Shown piece by piece: positions 39,068 through 48,350 of a stretch of DNA of 64,000 bases. The translations under genes were made by a program, and so were the position numbers. The stretch's first letter is position 1, and each line of letters begins with the position of its first letter. The stretch comes from Sphingobium sp. (GTDB taxonomy: Bacteria > Pseudomonadota > Alphaproteobacteria > Sphingomonadales > Sphingomonadaceae), in assembly GCA_050252755.1 (NCBI GenBank), contig JBFWKI010000014.1, forward strand, positions 4,347 through 68,346, given 5' to 3'. Below the pieces are notes generated by a model. It had not been told where the DNA came from. It searched no databases and was given only the letters and a program-made list of their open reading frames with translations.

Positions 39068-39115
39068 GTTGATTGTTCGTATATCGCTATTATGAGCGAT
39101 ATACGAACAATCAAC
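39068..39115. promoter_or_regulatory. perfect 48-bp palindrome (21-bp arms, 6-bp centre)
   Basis: GTTGATTGTTCGTATATCGCT (39068-39088), ATTATG, AGCGATATACGAACAATCAAC (39095-39115). The arms are exact reverse complements. Confidence 0.8.
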
Positions 39116-39188
39116 GGGGTGCAATCATGGGCGACAAGGCCGGTATATATCCAGAAAAGCGCAGGGTCGCCTGCGTTGGGCGGCGCGG

Positions 39189-39656
39189 ATGACCGAACCG
39201 CCACGTGATGATCGCCGCTGGGAACTGGTGAGCGAATGCGGGCCGTTCGCCGATCTGATCGGGCCGATGTACGCCAGTCAGGATATGCTGGAACCGGGCG
39301 AAGGCGTCCGCTTCGGCTTTCGCGTCGCCCCGCAGCATTGCAACCCCCGCCCGGTCTGCCATGGCGGCATGCTGGCGAGTTTTCTCGATATAGCGCTGGC
39401 CCGCGGCATCCGCACGATATGGGATTTGCCCGCGCCGCTGCCGACCATCACCCTGTCGCTCGATTATCTGGCGCCCGCGACCCTCGGCGAGTGGATCGAT
39501 GCACGGGTTTCGGTGATCCGCGTGGGCGGCAGCACTTGTTTCGCGCAGGCCTTGCTGCATGGCCCCTCGGTTCCGGTGTTGCGGGGCAGCGGGGTCTTCA
39601 AACATTATGGCGGGGCGGCGCGCAATCTCCATGCCGGACAGACCACGGCCATGTGA
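39189..39656 (+). CDS. PaaI-family hotdog-fold thioesterase
   Basis: ...QHCNPRPVCHGGMLASFLDIAL...ITLSLDYLAPA... is typical of PaaI/YdiI-type thioesterases. Confidence 0.85.
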   Translation: MTEPPRDDRRWELVSECGPFADLIGPMYASQDMLEPGEGVRFGFRVAPQHCNPRPVCHGGMLASFLDIALARGIRTIWDLPAPLPTITLSLDYLAPATLGEWIDARVSVIRVGGSTCFAQALLHGPSVPVLRGSGVFKHYGGAARNLHAGQTTAM

Positions 39657-39713
39657 ACGCCGATCACGGCCGGGCAATCCGGCCGGAAAGACAAGCTAGA
39701 AGGAGAGAGCAGA

Positions 39714-40484
39714 ATGGCAGGCGGAAAGAAAAGAGCAGCGGTGCTCGGCGCGTCGGAGGAAGGCGGCACGGGCTGGGCCATAGCGCATGCGCTCGCGGCG
39801 CGGGGTTTTGCCGTGACGGTCGGCGCGCGCCGCCGCGAAGGAATAGAAAAGCTGGCGGCTGAAATCGATGGCACCGCGATTGCCTGCGACGCCACCGTGG
39901 AAGAGGACGTCGCCCGTTTCTGCGAAGGCGCCGGAGCGGAAGAGGGCATCGATTGCGCCGTGCTCGTTGCCGGGGCAGGCGTCACCGGCCTGATCGACGA
40001 CATCGCGCCCGAAACGCTGGCCCACTGCATGAAACTCAATTTCGAGGCGCCCATGCTATTCGTCCGTCATGCGGCGCGGCGGATGAACGATCATGGCTCC
40101 ATCGTGCTGATGAGTTCGATTGCGGCGACGAATCCATGGCACGGCTATTTTTCCTATGGCTGCGCGAAGTCGGCGGTCCAGACCCTCGTGCGGTATGCCG
40201 CGCTCGAATATGGCCCGCGCGGCATTCGCGTGAACGCCGTCTGTCCCGGACCGATCTCCACCCCCGCGGCGGGCCATCTGCTCGACCACCCCAAGGCCGG
40301 GCCGATCGTCGCGGCAGAGGCGCCGCTGGGCCGCTGCGCCGCCCCCGACGAGGTGGCCGAAGCCATTGCCTGGCTGGGCACCTCGCCCGGCTGGATCACG
40401 GGTGAGACGATCCATACCGATGGGGGCATGCATCTGCGCCGCCCGCCGGATGTGGCCGAGATCCGGGCCGCCATGGCCAAATGA
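39714..40484 (+). CDS. short-chain dehydrogenase/reductase (SDR)
   Basis: ATG is preceded by GAAGGAGAGAG. AAVLGASEEGGTGWAIAHALA Rossmann region and YGCAKSA (YxxxK). Confidence 0.85.
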   Translation: MAGGKKRAAVLGASEEGGTGWAIAHALAARGFAVTVGARRREGIEKLAAEIDGTAIACDATVEEDVARFCEGAGAEEGIDCAVLVAGAGVTGLIDDIAPETLAHCMKLNFEAPMLFVRHAARRMNDHGSIVLMSSIAATNPWHGYFSYGCAKSAVQTLVRYAALEYGPRGIRVNAVCPGPISTPAAGHLLDHPKAGPIVAAEAPLGRCAAPDEVAEAIAWLGTSPGWITGETIHTDGGMHLRRPPDVAEIRAAMAK

Positions 40485-40727
40485 TCTGCCGAATGATCTT
40501 GACGAGCGCCGATCCTTAGCAGAATATTGCACGAATGTACGATAAATGACCATTGGTGGATCAAGGCATGGACAGGCATATTCGGCTGTTCGCGGCGAAG
40601 CGCTGATCCCGCCTCGCCTGCGCTCCGTCTTGCCTGCCCCGCCTTGCCTGTCCTTGTCTCACCCGCCACGCCTCGCCCGTCTGATCTCGCGAGTCGCCGG
40701 TTTCGCTAATTTGAAGGAGCAATATCG

Positions 40728-41501
40728 ATGAAACTTGAGGGATGTTCGGCGGTTGTGACCGGCGGCGCAAGCGGGCTGGGCGAGGCGACGGCGCGGGCGC
40801 TGGCGGCGCAGGGCGTGAAGATCGCGATCTTCGATCTTAATGGCGAACGCGGCGAAAGCGTGGCGAAGGAGATTGGCGGGGTGTTCTGCGCCGTCGATAT
40901 CACCAGCGACGCATCGGTCGATGACGGCTTTGCCAAAGCGCGCGCCGCCATCGGGCAGGAGCGGATTCTCGTCAGTTGCGCGGGGCGCGGCAACACCTTC
41001 AAAACGGCGCAGCGCGACCGGGAAACGGGCGATATCACCCATTTCCCGATCGATCAGTTCGAAAAGATCGTTCTCCTCAATCTGGTCGGCACCTTCCGTT
41101 GCCTCGCCAAATCGGCGGCCGGGATGATGACGCTCGACCCCATGAACGAGGATGGGGAACGCGGCGCGATCGTCACCACGGCATCGGTCGCGGCGACGGA
41201 CGGGCAGGCCGGACAGGCGGCCTATGCGTCCTCGAAAGGCGGCATCGTCGCGTTAACCCTGCCGGTCGCGCGGGATCTGCGCCGCGAGGGCATCCGCGTC
41301 AACACCATCCTGCCGGGCATCATGGATACGCCGCTGTTCGCGACCGCCAAGCCCGAACTGCGCAAGCAACTGGGCGACAGCGTGCCCTTCCCGCGCCGTC
41401 TCGGCCATGCGGAGGAATTTGCCAGCCTCGCGGTGGAGATGTGCCGCAACAGCTATTTCAACGGCGAGCAGGTCCGTCTGGACGGCGCGATCCGCATGTG
41501 A
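40728..41501 (+). CDS. SDR-type 3-hydroxyacyl-CoA dehydrogenase (paralog of 7335-8117)
   Basis: ATG is preceded by [20 protein letters not shown] and YASSKGG. Collinear similarity to 7335-8117 is visible throughout. Confidence 0.9.
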   Translation: MKLEGCSAVVTGGASGLGEATARALAAQGVKIAIFDLNGERGESVAKEIGGVFCAVDITSDASVDDGFAKARAAIGQERILVSCAGRGNTFKTAQRDRETGDITHFPIDQFEKIVLLNLVGTFRCLAKSAAGMMTLDPMNEDGERGAIVTTASVAATDGQAGQAAYASSKGGIVALTLPVARDLRREGIRVNTILPGIMDTPLFATAKPELRKQLGDSVPFPRRLGHAEEFASLAVEMCRNSYFNGEQVRLDGAIRM

Positions 41502-41588
41502 ACGGGCGGTGCGCCCGGCTCGTGCGGAGCGCTTTATCGAATATTTGGGGTGGTAATCGCTGATGATATCGCCAGAAGGGAAAAGACC

Positions 41589-42815
41589 GTGAGCGAAGTT
41601 TGGATCATTGATGCCGCGCGGACCCCGCGTGGGCTGGGCAAGGCGGAGGGCGCGCTGGCGCAGGTGCATCCGCAGCGCCTCTTCTCGCAACTGCTGACGG
41701 CGCTGGCGGAACGGACAGGCCTCGACGCCGGGGACGTGGACGACGTTATCGCCGGGGTCAACACGCAGCAGGGCAAACAAGGCCTGAACCTTGCCCGTAT
41801 GGCGGTGCTGGACGCCGGGTTTCCCGCCACCGTCCCCGGCTTTTCGCTCGATCGTTTCTGCGGCTCCGGCCTCACCGCGATGAACCTCGCGGCGATGGGC
41901 ATTCTTTCCGGCGCGCAGGATATCGTGATCGCGGGCGGGGTAGAGATGATGTCCTACACGCGCACATTGTCGCGTGAATTTATGATGGATTCGGGCAATC
42001 TTGCGCTGCGCAAGAAAATCCCGCAGCCCCATCAGGGCCTCTGCGCGGATGTCATCGCGACGCTGGAAGGCTTCCACCGCGAGGACCTCGACGCACTGGC
42101 GCTCACCAGCCAGCAGCGCGCGGACCGGGCGATCCGGGAGGGCCGCTTCGACCGCTCGCTCATCCCCGTGCGCAATGACGAAGGCGAAATCCTGCTCGAC
42201 CGGGAGCAATATCCGCGCCCGCAAACCACGGCGGAGGCGCTCGCGGGTCTCAAGCCCGCCTTCGAAAGCGTGTTCAACCGCGCGATCGACGAGGAAGGCA
42301 ACAGCTATGGTTCGTTGCTGCGGCAGGTCTATCCCGATCTCGATATCCGCTATATGCACACCGCCGCGACCAGTTCCGGCGTGGTGGACGGCGCGGGCGC
42401 CCTGCTCCTCGCCTCGCCCGATTATGCCAAGGCCCATGGCCTGAAGCCGCGCGCGCGCGTCCGCGCCGTGGCGACGGTCGGGGACGACCCGACGCTGATG
42501 CTGAACGGCCCGGTCCCGGCGGCGCGCAAGGTGCTGGAAAAGGCGGGCATGGCGCTGGGCGACATCGACCTGTTCGAAATCAACGAAGCCTTTGCCGTCG
42601 TGCCGCTGAAATTCATGCGCGACCTCGATCTCGACCCTGAAACCGTCAATGTGAACGGCGGCGCGATGGCGCTCGGTCACCCGATCGGCGCGACGGGCGC
42701 GATCCTGACCGCCACCCTGCTCGACGAGTTGGAACGGCAGGACAAGGCCGTCGGCCTCGTGACCATGTGCGCGGCGGGCGGCCTGGCCCCGGCCGCGATC
42801 ATAGAGCGGATATGA
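41589..42815 (+). CDS. acetyl-CoA C-acyltransferase (thiolase; paralog of 6112-7317)
   Basis: GTG 41589 (VSEVWIIDAARTPRG) aligns with the N-terminus of the paralog. DRFCGSGL, GHPIGATG and CAAGGLA motifs. An alternative GTG lies at 41550. Confidence 0.9.
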   Translation: MSEVWIIDAARTPRGLGKAEGALAQVHPQRLFSQLLTALAERTGLDAGDVDDVIAGVNTQQGKQGLNLARMAVLDAGFPATVPGFSLDRFCGSGLTAMNLAAMGILSGAQDIVIAGGVEMMSYTRTLSREFMMDSGNLALRKKIPQPHQGLCADVIATLEGFHREDLDALALTSQQRADRAIREGRFDRSLIPVRNDEGEILLDREQYPRPQTTAEALAGLKPAFESVFNRAIDEEGNSYGSLLRQVYPDLDIRYMHTAATSSGVVDGAGALLLASPDYAKAHGLKPRARVRAVATVGDDPTLMLNGPVPAARKVLEKAGMALGDIDLFEINEAFAVVPLKFMRDLDLDPETVNVNGGAMALGHPIGATGAILTATLLDELERQDKAVGLVTMCAAGGLAPAAIIERI

Positions 42816-43669
42816 CGATGCGCACGGCGCGCTTTGCGGTGGATACCGGCCTCGACCTTGTGGGCGATGTCGGCGGCGACCCGGACGCGCCGTGCGTCAT
42901 CCTGATGCATGGCGGCGGACAGACGCGCTTTTCCTGGACGAGCGCATGCCACACGCTGATCGACGCCGGATATCATGTGATCAATTTCGACGCGCGCGGT
43001 CATGGCGAAAGCGACTGGGCGGGATCGGGCGGCTATTCGCTGGCCTATCACGCCGCCGACCTGCGGAAAGTGGCCGAAGGGGTGCGCGGGCCGGTGGCGC
43101 TGGTCGGCGCTTCGCTCGGCGGCGCGACGGCGCTGCGGGCGCTGGCGGACGGGATGCAACCGGCCGCCGTCGTGCTGGTCGACATCGTGCCCAACCCGGA
43201 CCCGCGCGGCGTGCAGCGCATCCGCGACTTCATGCTCGCCCGGCCGGAGGGCTTCGATAGTCTGGAACAGGTGGCCGACGCCATCGCCGCCTATAATCCC
43301 CACCGCAATCGGCCGAAAGATCTGGAAGGACTGCGGCGGAACCTGCGGCTGAAGGAGGATGGCCGTTTCCGCTGGCACTGGGACCCGGCTTTTCTGGAAC
43401 CCGATATCGAGCATCAGCGCCGCGAACTGGCGCAAACGGTGGAAGGCGCGCGCGCTGGCCGCGACGTGCCGGTGCTGCTGATTCGCGGCATGAAGAGCGA
43501 TATCGTCGGCGACGAAGGCACCGCGATCCTGCGCGACGTGATGCCGCGCCTCGAAATATTCGACGTGGAGGGCGCGGGCCACATGGTGGCGGGCGACCGC
43601 AACGACGCGTTCAACGCCGGGATGATGCAGTTTCTCGTCCGCCATTTCCCCGCCTCGTCCCCGGCATGA
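42812..43669 (+). CDS. alpha/beta-fold hydrolase
   Basis: ATGA overlap with the thiolase stop. HGGGQTRFSW, nucleophile elbow GASLGG, and a C-terminal ...GAGHMVAGD. Confidence 0.85.
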   Translation: MTMRTARFAVDTGLDLVGDVGGDPDAPCVILMHGGGQTRFSWTSACHTLIDAGYHVINFDARGHGESDWAGSGGYSLAYHAADLRKVAEGVRGPVALVGASLGGATALRALADGMQPAAVVLVDIVPNPDPRGVQRIRDFMLARPEGFDSLEQVADAIAAYNPHRNRPKDLEGLRRNLRLKEDGRFRWHWDPAFLEPDIEHQRRELAQTVEGARAGRDVPVLLIRGMKSDIVGDEGTAILRDVMPRLEIFDVEGAGHMVAGDRNDAFNAGMMQFLVRHFPASSPA

Positions 43670-43717
43670 CGCCACCGCCCGGACGATAAGGCACAGGACC
43701 GATCGACATCGGCCGAT

Positions 43718-43746
43718 GGCCGTCAGCGCCTCCCGCCCTGACGGCC
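43718..43746. terminator. hairpin between convergent hydrolase and ferredoxin genes
   Basis: GGCCGTCAG (43718-26) pairs with CTGACGGCC (43738-46), a perfect 9-bp stem with an 11-nt loop. Confidence 0.45.
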
Positions 43747-43764
43747 CGCAAATGCTTGTCGGTC

Positions 43765-44082
43765 CTAATCTTCCGGGGCGATCTCGATCCGCATCCCCTC
43801 CAGTTCGGCGGTCAGGTGCAACTGGCAGGACAGGCGCGATCGTTCGGTCCGGTGATCCGAACTGTCGAGCAGGTCGTTCTCATCCTCGCTGATCGGCGGC
43901 AGGCGGTCGGCGAAGGCCGGGTCCACATAGACATGGCACGTCGCGCAGGAACAGCAGCCCCCGCACAACGCCAGAAGTTCATCAATGCCATTGTCCCGGA
44001 TCACTTCCATGACCGAATGCCCGGCATCGCCCTCCACCTGTTGTTCCGTCCCGTCCCGCTGGACGACCGTAAAACCCGTCAT
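43765..44082 (-). CDS. [2Fe-2S] ferredoxin, putidaredoxin type (paralog of 4853-5170)
   Basis: [12 protein letters not shown] and [17 protein letters not shown], 105 aa. Confidence 0.9.
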   Translation of the reverse strand: MTGFTVVQRDGTEQQVEGDAGHSVMEVIRDNGIDELLALCGGCCSCATCHVYVDPAFADRLPPISEDENDLLDSSDHRTERSRLSCQLHLTAELEGMRIEIAPED

Positions 44083-44087
44083 AATCT

Positions 44088-44894
44088 TCAGCTTCCCTTG
44101 AATTCAGGCTGGCGCTTTTCGAGGAAAGCCCGCGCGCCTTCGGCATGATCCTCTGTAAAGAGCGTCAGCTGGTCATAGGCGAGCGAGGTTTCGAAGGCCC
44201 CGGCGGTCATCTGCTTGAGCAGCAGGTTGACCGACATCTTGCCATAGGAAATGGCGAGCGGCGCCCCGGCGGCGAGGCGTTTCGCATAGCCGTCCACGAA
44301 ATCATCCAGTTCCGCATCGGGCACGCAATAGTTGATGAGGCCGATCTGCGCGGCCTTGGAAGCCTCGATCGGTTCGCCCAGCATCAGATATTCCTTGGCG
44401 CGGTGGAAACCGAGCAGCAGCGGGAAAAAGGCGACGCCGCCGTCGCCCGGCGCAATGCCCATGCGGACATGCGAATCGCAGAAGCGCGCGCCTTCCGCCG
44501 CAATCACCATATCGCAGGCGAGCGCGATGTTGACGCCCACGCCATAGGCCGGGCCGCGCACCTTGGCGATGATCGGCTTTTCGCTGTCCATCATGCCCCA
44601 GAACAGCCGGCGAGCGCTGCGCGTGGGCGGACGGCCCTTGCGCCCGCCCTGATTTTCCTTGTCCTGCACGGACAGGTCGGTCCCGGCGCAAAAGGCGTCG
44701 CCCTCGCCCGTCAGGATGACGACGCGGATATCGTCATCCATGTCGATATCATCCCATATGCGTTCGATTTCGCGATGCATCGGGCGAGACACCGCATTTT
44801 TGCGGCGCGGATTGTTGAGCGTGAGCGTGGCGACGCCGTCCTCGCGCTTCTCTATCCTGATCCACTCATAGCGGCTGGGGTCGATGGCGGGCAA
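44088..44894 (-). CDS. enoyl-CoA hydratase/isomerase family protein
   Basis: Crotonase motifs [14 protein letters not shown] and [19 protein letters not shown]. Confidence 0.9.
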   Translation of the reverse strand: MPAIDPSRYEWIRIEKREDGVATLTLNNPRRKNAVSRPMHREIERIWDDIDMDDDIRVVILTGEGDAFCAGTDLSVQDKENQGGRKGRPPTRSARRLFWGMMDSEKPIIAKVRGPAYGVGVNIALACDMVIAAEGARFCDSHVRMGIAPGDGGVAFFPLLLGFHRAKEYLMLGEPIEASKAAQIGLINYCVPDAELDDFVDGYAKRLAAGAPLAISYGKMSVNLLLKQMTAGAFETSLAYDQLTLFTEDHAEGARAFLEKRQPEFKGS

Positions 44895-44927
44895 AGCTGG
44901 TCCTTTCCTGATAAAGGGTCGGCGCGG

Positions 44928-46112
44928 TCATGACCGGCGCGAAAAGATCATGGGCAAGGAGATAATCCCCTGCCCCAGACCCGTGGTATAGTCGATCGGC
45001 CGCGTCTCATCGATGCGAAAACCGGAGAAGGTGGCGAGAATGGCCTCGAAGGCGAGGCGCAATTCGGTCTTGGCGATGAAAGAGCCGATGCAGCGATGAT
45101 GGCCCGCGCCGAAACCGACATGCTGGTTCGGCTTGCGATCGGGCCGGATCGTTTCCGGGCATTCGAACTTGGCGGGATCGCGATTGGCGGCGGCGAAGGC
45201 GACCAACACCGAATCGCCCTTTTTCAGTTGGGTGCCGCCAAGTTCGACATCCTCCATCACCTCGCGCCGCAAATAGGTGGAGGGCGAGGCGAAGCGCACG
45301 ATTTCCTCGCTGGCGCTGTCGATCAGCGACGGGTCGGCCCGCAGCCTCCCGGCCGCCTCCGGTTCCGTGGCGAGCCACCACATCATCGTCGCCAGCGCGG
45401 ACGATGTGCTGTCGAAGCCCCCGACAAGAAGCAGGCGCACCATCGACATTTGCTCTTCGGGCGTCAGCGGGCGGCCAAAGGCGGTGCCCAGCAGAATCGA
45501 GGAGACGACATCGGCCTGCGGATCGGTGGCGTCGGCGCGGCGGCGGACGAGCACATTTTCCGCATAGGTCTTGAGCCGCTCCGACGCCCCGGTGGCAACG
45601 CCGGTGGCGACCTCGCGGTGGAGATCGCCCACCATCTGTTCCAGTTCCCCCGCGTCGCTGGCGGGCAGGCCCAGCAGGTCGAGCGCGACGAGGATCGGCA
45701 GGGGGCGGGCAAAGACGCGGACGAAATCGACCGGCTCCCCATCGGGAATCCGGTCCAGCAGATCGGCCACCATGGCCCGCACCAAGGGTTCCCGCGCGCG
45801 CGCATGCGCCGGGGTCATCAGCGGCGCCATCAGGGCGCGATATTCGCGATGGGCGGGCGGATCGACCTCTGCGGGAATATGGAAGCTGCGCACCGTGGCG
45901 GGTGGCGGCAAGGTGATGCCCTTGCCCGAACCGAAGACGGTGGGCTTCATCAGCACGGTCATCACATCCTCAAAGCGGGAAACCACATGGAAACCGCCAT
46001 AGCGCTCATTCCGGTAAAGCCCCGGCGTGTCGCGCATCTGCGCCCACAAGCATTCGGCACCTTCGCGTGCGTTCGCCGCATGGATATCGAAGGTTTCAAG
46101 CGTTTGGCCCAT
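44928..46112 (-). CDS. cytochrome P450, class I
   Basis: Heme loop FGAGHHRCIGSFIA and EXXR (EEIVRF). AGGAGG at 46124-46119 favours ATG 46112 or 46115 over the ORF-track start at 46127. Confidence 0.95.
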   Translation of the reverse strand: MGQTLETFDIHAANAREGAECLWAQMRDTPGLYRNERYGGFHVVSRFEDVMTVLMKPTVFGSGKGITLPPPATVRSFHIPAEVDPPAHREYRALMAPLMTPAHARAREPLVRAMVADLLDRIPDGEPVDFVRVFARPLPILVALDLLGLPASDAGELEQMVGDLHREVATGVATGASERLKTYAENVLVRRRADATDPQADVVSSILLGTAFGRPLTPEEQMSMVRLLLVGGFDSTSSALATMMWWLATEPEAAGRLRADPSLIDSASEEIVRFASPSTYLRREVMEDVELGGTQLKKGDSVLVAFAAANRDPAKFECPETIRPDRKPNQHVGFGAGHHRCIGSFIAKTELRLAFEAILATFSGFRIDETRPIDYTTGLGQGIISLPMIFSRRS

Positions 46113-46156
46113 CATGATCCTCCTCATGCGGCGAATGGAGTGGAACCGGCCTATCG

Positions 46157-46190
46157 GTTCGATATTCGCTCATACGGTTTATATTCGCAC
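46157..46190 (+). promoter_or_regulatory. tandem PcaR/IclR-like boxes upstream of the P450-hydratase-ferredoxin operon
   Basis: GTTCGATATTCGCTC (46157) and GGTTTATATTCGCAC (46176), offset 19 bp, 45 bp from the P450 start. Written on the + strand, but the gene is on the - strand. Confidence 0.5.
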
Positions 46191-46241
46191 ATTAAGAACA
46201 GCATCGCAATCTTGTCAAGCAGGATGCCCAAGGGGGAACGG

Positions 46242-47009
46242 CTATTGCGCGGTCAGCCCCCCGTCCACCACCAGTTCGGCGCCCGTCACATAGCTGGCGT
46301 CGTCGGAAAGCAGGAAGGCGATGGCCGCGCCCAGTTCATCCGCCACCGCCGTGCGGCCGAGCGGAACCGCCGCCGCAATCGCCGCGGATGCACCGCTGGC
46401 GTCGCTGCGGGCGACCTGCTGAATGTCGGTTTCCACCACGCCGGGATGCACGGAATTGACGCGAATCCCATCCCGCCCACATTCGAGCGCGAGGGATTTC
46501 GTCATCAGGCGCACCCCGCCCTTGCTCGCCGCATAGGCAGCCGTGCGCGGCATGCCGACCAGCCCCGCCACCGAAGAGACATTGACGATAGCGCCGCCGC
46601 CCTTTTCGCGGAAATGGCCGATCAGCAGACGGCAGCCAAGATAGGTGCTCGTCAGGTTCACCTCGATCTGGCGATGCCACATCGCCGGGTCGAGGTCTTC
46701 GATCACCGCCAGCACAGCGATGCCCGCATTGTTGACCAGCCCGTGCACGGGGCCGAAACGGTCGCTCGCCTGCGCCAGCACCCGCTCCCACCCGGCCGGC
46801 TGCGTCACATCATGGACGATGCCCAGCGCGGCGCCGCCCAGCGCCTCTATCTCCGCCACCCGTTGGGCGAGCGCATCGCCATCAAGGTCGGTAAGGACCA
46901 CCTGCCCGCCTTCGCGCGCGATCCGCCGCGCGGCGGCAAAGCCGATCCCCCTGACGGAAGCCGCGCCGGTGATGATGACCGTCTTGCCTTCAAACCGCAT
47001 GATGTGCAT
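46242..47009 (-). CDS. short-chain dehydrogenase/reductase (SDR)
   Basis: VIITGAASVRGIGFAAA, NNAG and YAASKGG motifs. Confidence 0.9.
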   Translation of the reverse strand: MHIMRFEGKTVIITGAASVRGIGFAAARRIAREGGQVVLTDLDGDALAQRVAEIEALGGAALGIVHDVTQPAGWERVLAQASDRFGPVHGLVNNAGIAVLAVIEDLDPAMWHRQIEVNLTSTYLGCRLLIGHFREKGGGAIVNVSSVAGLVGMPRTAAYAASKGGVRLMTKSLALECGRDGIRVNSVHPGVVETDIQQVARSDASGASAAIAAAVPLGRTAVADELGAAIAFLLSDDASYVTGAELVVDGGLTAQ

Positions 47010-47027
47010 TCCTTCCGTTCAGGCCGT

Positions 47028-48218
47028 TCAGGATAATTGCCGCGCAAGGGCGCCGTGATGGAGGTTCCAGAGGACGGGATCAGGCAGCGGGCGCAGGACC
47101 GATCGATCGACGGCATCGATGCCGGGCCGGTCGAGATTGGCGACCGTCGCGGTCATGCTACGCCGGAAAAGCGTGAGGATACGCTCCACGCCCGGTTGCC
47201 CACCGGCCGCCAGACCCCAGAGATAGGCCCGGCCGATCAGCACCGCCCGCGCGCCCAGCGCCCGCGCGCGAACGATATCCGCGCCGCGCGTGACGCCGCC
47301 GTCCATCAGCACTTCGCCGCGATCGCCCACCGCATCGGCAATTTCGGGCAGGACGGAAAGGGTCGCGGGCACGCCGTCGAGAACCTTGCCGCCATGGTTG
47401 GAAACGATCACGCCATCAAGACCCATATCGATGGCCCGCTTCGCATCGGCTGCGCGCATCACGCCCTTCAGCAGCATCGGTCCGTTCCAGCGCCGCCTGA
47501 TCCAGCCGAGATCATCCCAACTCGCGGGCGTCGCCGCCAGCAGACGCCCCGCATCCTGCACGCGCAGCAGCGACCCGTCCGCCCGGCGCGGCGCATTGGG
47601 CGCAGGCATGGCCAGCCCCCCACGCAGCAGCGACCAGAGCCAGCGCGGGCGGCTCCAGGCCTCCGGCGCGAAGGCCAGCGCCGCGCGCAGGCTCATCGTT
47701 TCGGGCAAAGGGCGCGCAATCCGGTCCACGGGCGATATGCCCGCTATGTCGGCGGTGACGACCAGAACGCGGCAGCCTGCGGCGCGGGCCATGTCAATGC
47801 ACCAGCCAGCCCCTTCCCGCCCGTTCACCATATAAAGCTGGAACCATGTGTCGGGGTTCGCCGCGACAATCTCCTCCGCCGGGGTGCCGCACCATGTGCT
47901 GATCGCGATCGGCACGCCCGCCGCCGCCGCCGCGCGCGCCGCGCCCAGTTCTCCATCGGCATGGACGATGCGAACAAAGCCCGTGGGCGCGATTGCCAGC
48001 GGCATGGCGATGCGCTGGCCCAGCACCATGGTCGAGCAATCCGGCGCGGTGGCCGTCGGGCAGGCGGGCGCGTCGAACAGCACCCGCCCAAAGGCGGCGG
48101 CATTGGCCGTGACGGTGGTTTCAGCCTCCTTGCCGCCCTCGATATAATGATAGACCGCCGCAGGCAGTTTTCGCCGGGCGATGGCCCGCGCCTCATCGAT
48201 ACTGCCGAACGACCTCAT
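47028..48218 (-). CDS. FMN-dependent alpha-hydroxy acid dehydrogenase/oxidase (LldD/glycolate oxidase family)
   Basis: Start at ATG 48218 (MRSFGSIDEARAIARRKLPAAVYHYIEGG...). The VSNHGGKVLD motif and a C-terminal ...GRAYLWGLAAGG. Confidence 0.9.
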   Translation of the reverse strand: MRSFGSIDEARAIARRKLPAAVYHYIEGGKEAETTVTANAAAFGRVLFDAPACPTATAPDCSTMVLGQRIAMPLAIAPTGFVRIVHADGELGAARAAAAAGVPIAISTWCGTPAEEIVAANPDTWFQLYMVNGREGAGWCIDMARAAGCRVLVVTADIAGISPVDRIARPLPETMSLRAALAFAPEAWSRPRWLWSLLRGGLAMPAPNAPRRADGSLLRVQDAGRLLAATPASWDDLGWIRRRWNGPMLLKGVMRAADAKRAIDMGLDGVIVSNHGGKVLDGVPATLSVLPEIADAVGDRGEVLMDGGVTRGADIVRARALGARAVLIGRAYLWGLAAGGQPGVERILTLFRRSMTATVANLDRPGIDAVDRSVLRPLPDPVLWNLHHGALARQLS

Positions 48219-48350
48219 CAAAGCATCATCCCCGGCCCGACATGCGCCTGTCCGGCCTTTTCTTTCCCGCACATATTCTTTCGCACATGAAAAGGGAGGG
48301 AGGCGCGGACCGGCGCAGGCCGATGCCCCCCTCCTGTCTCCATGTCCGGA

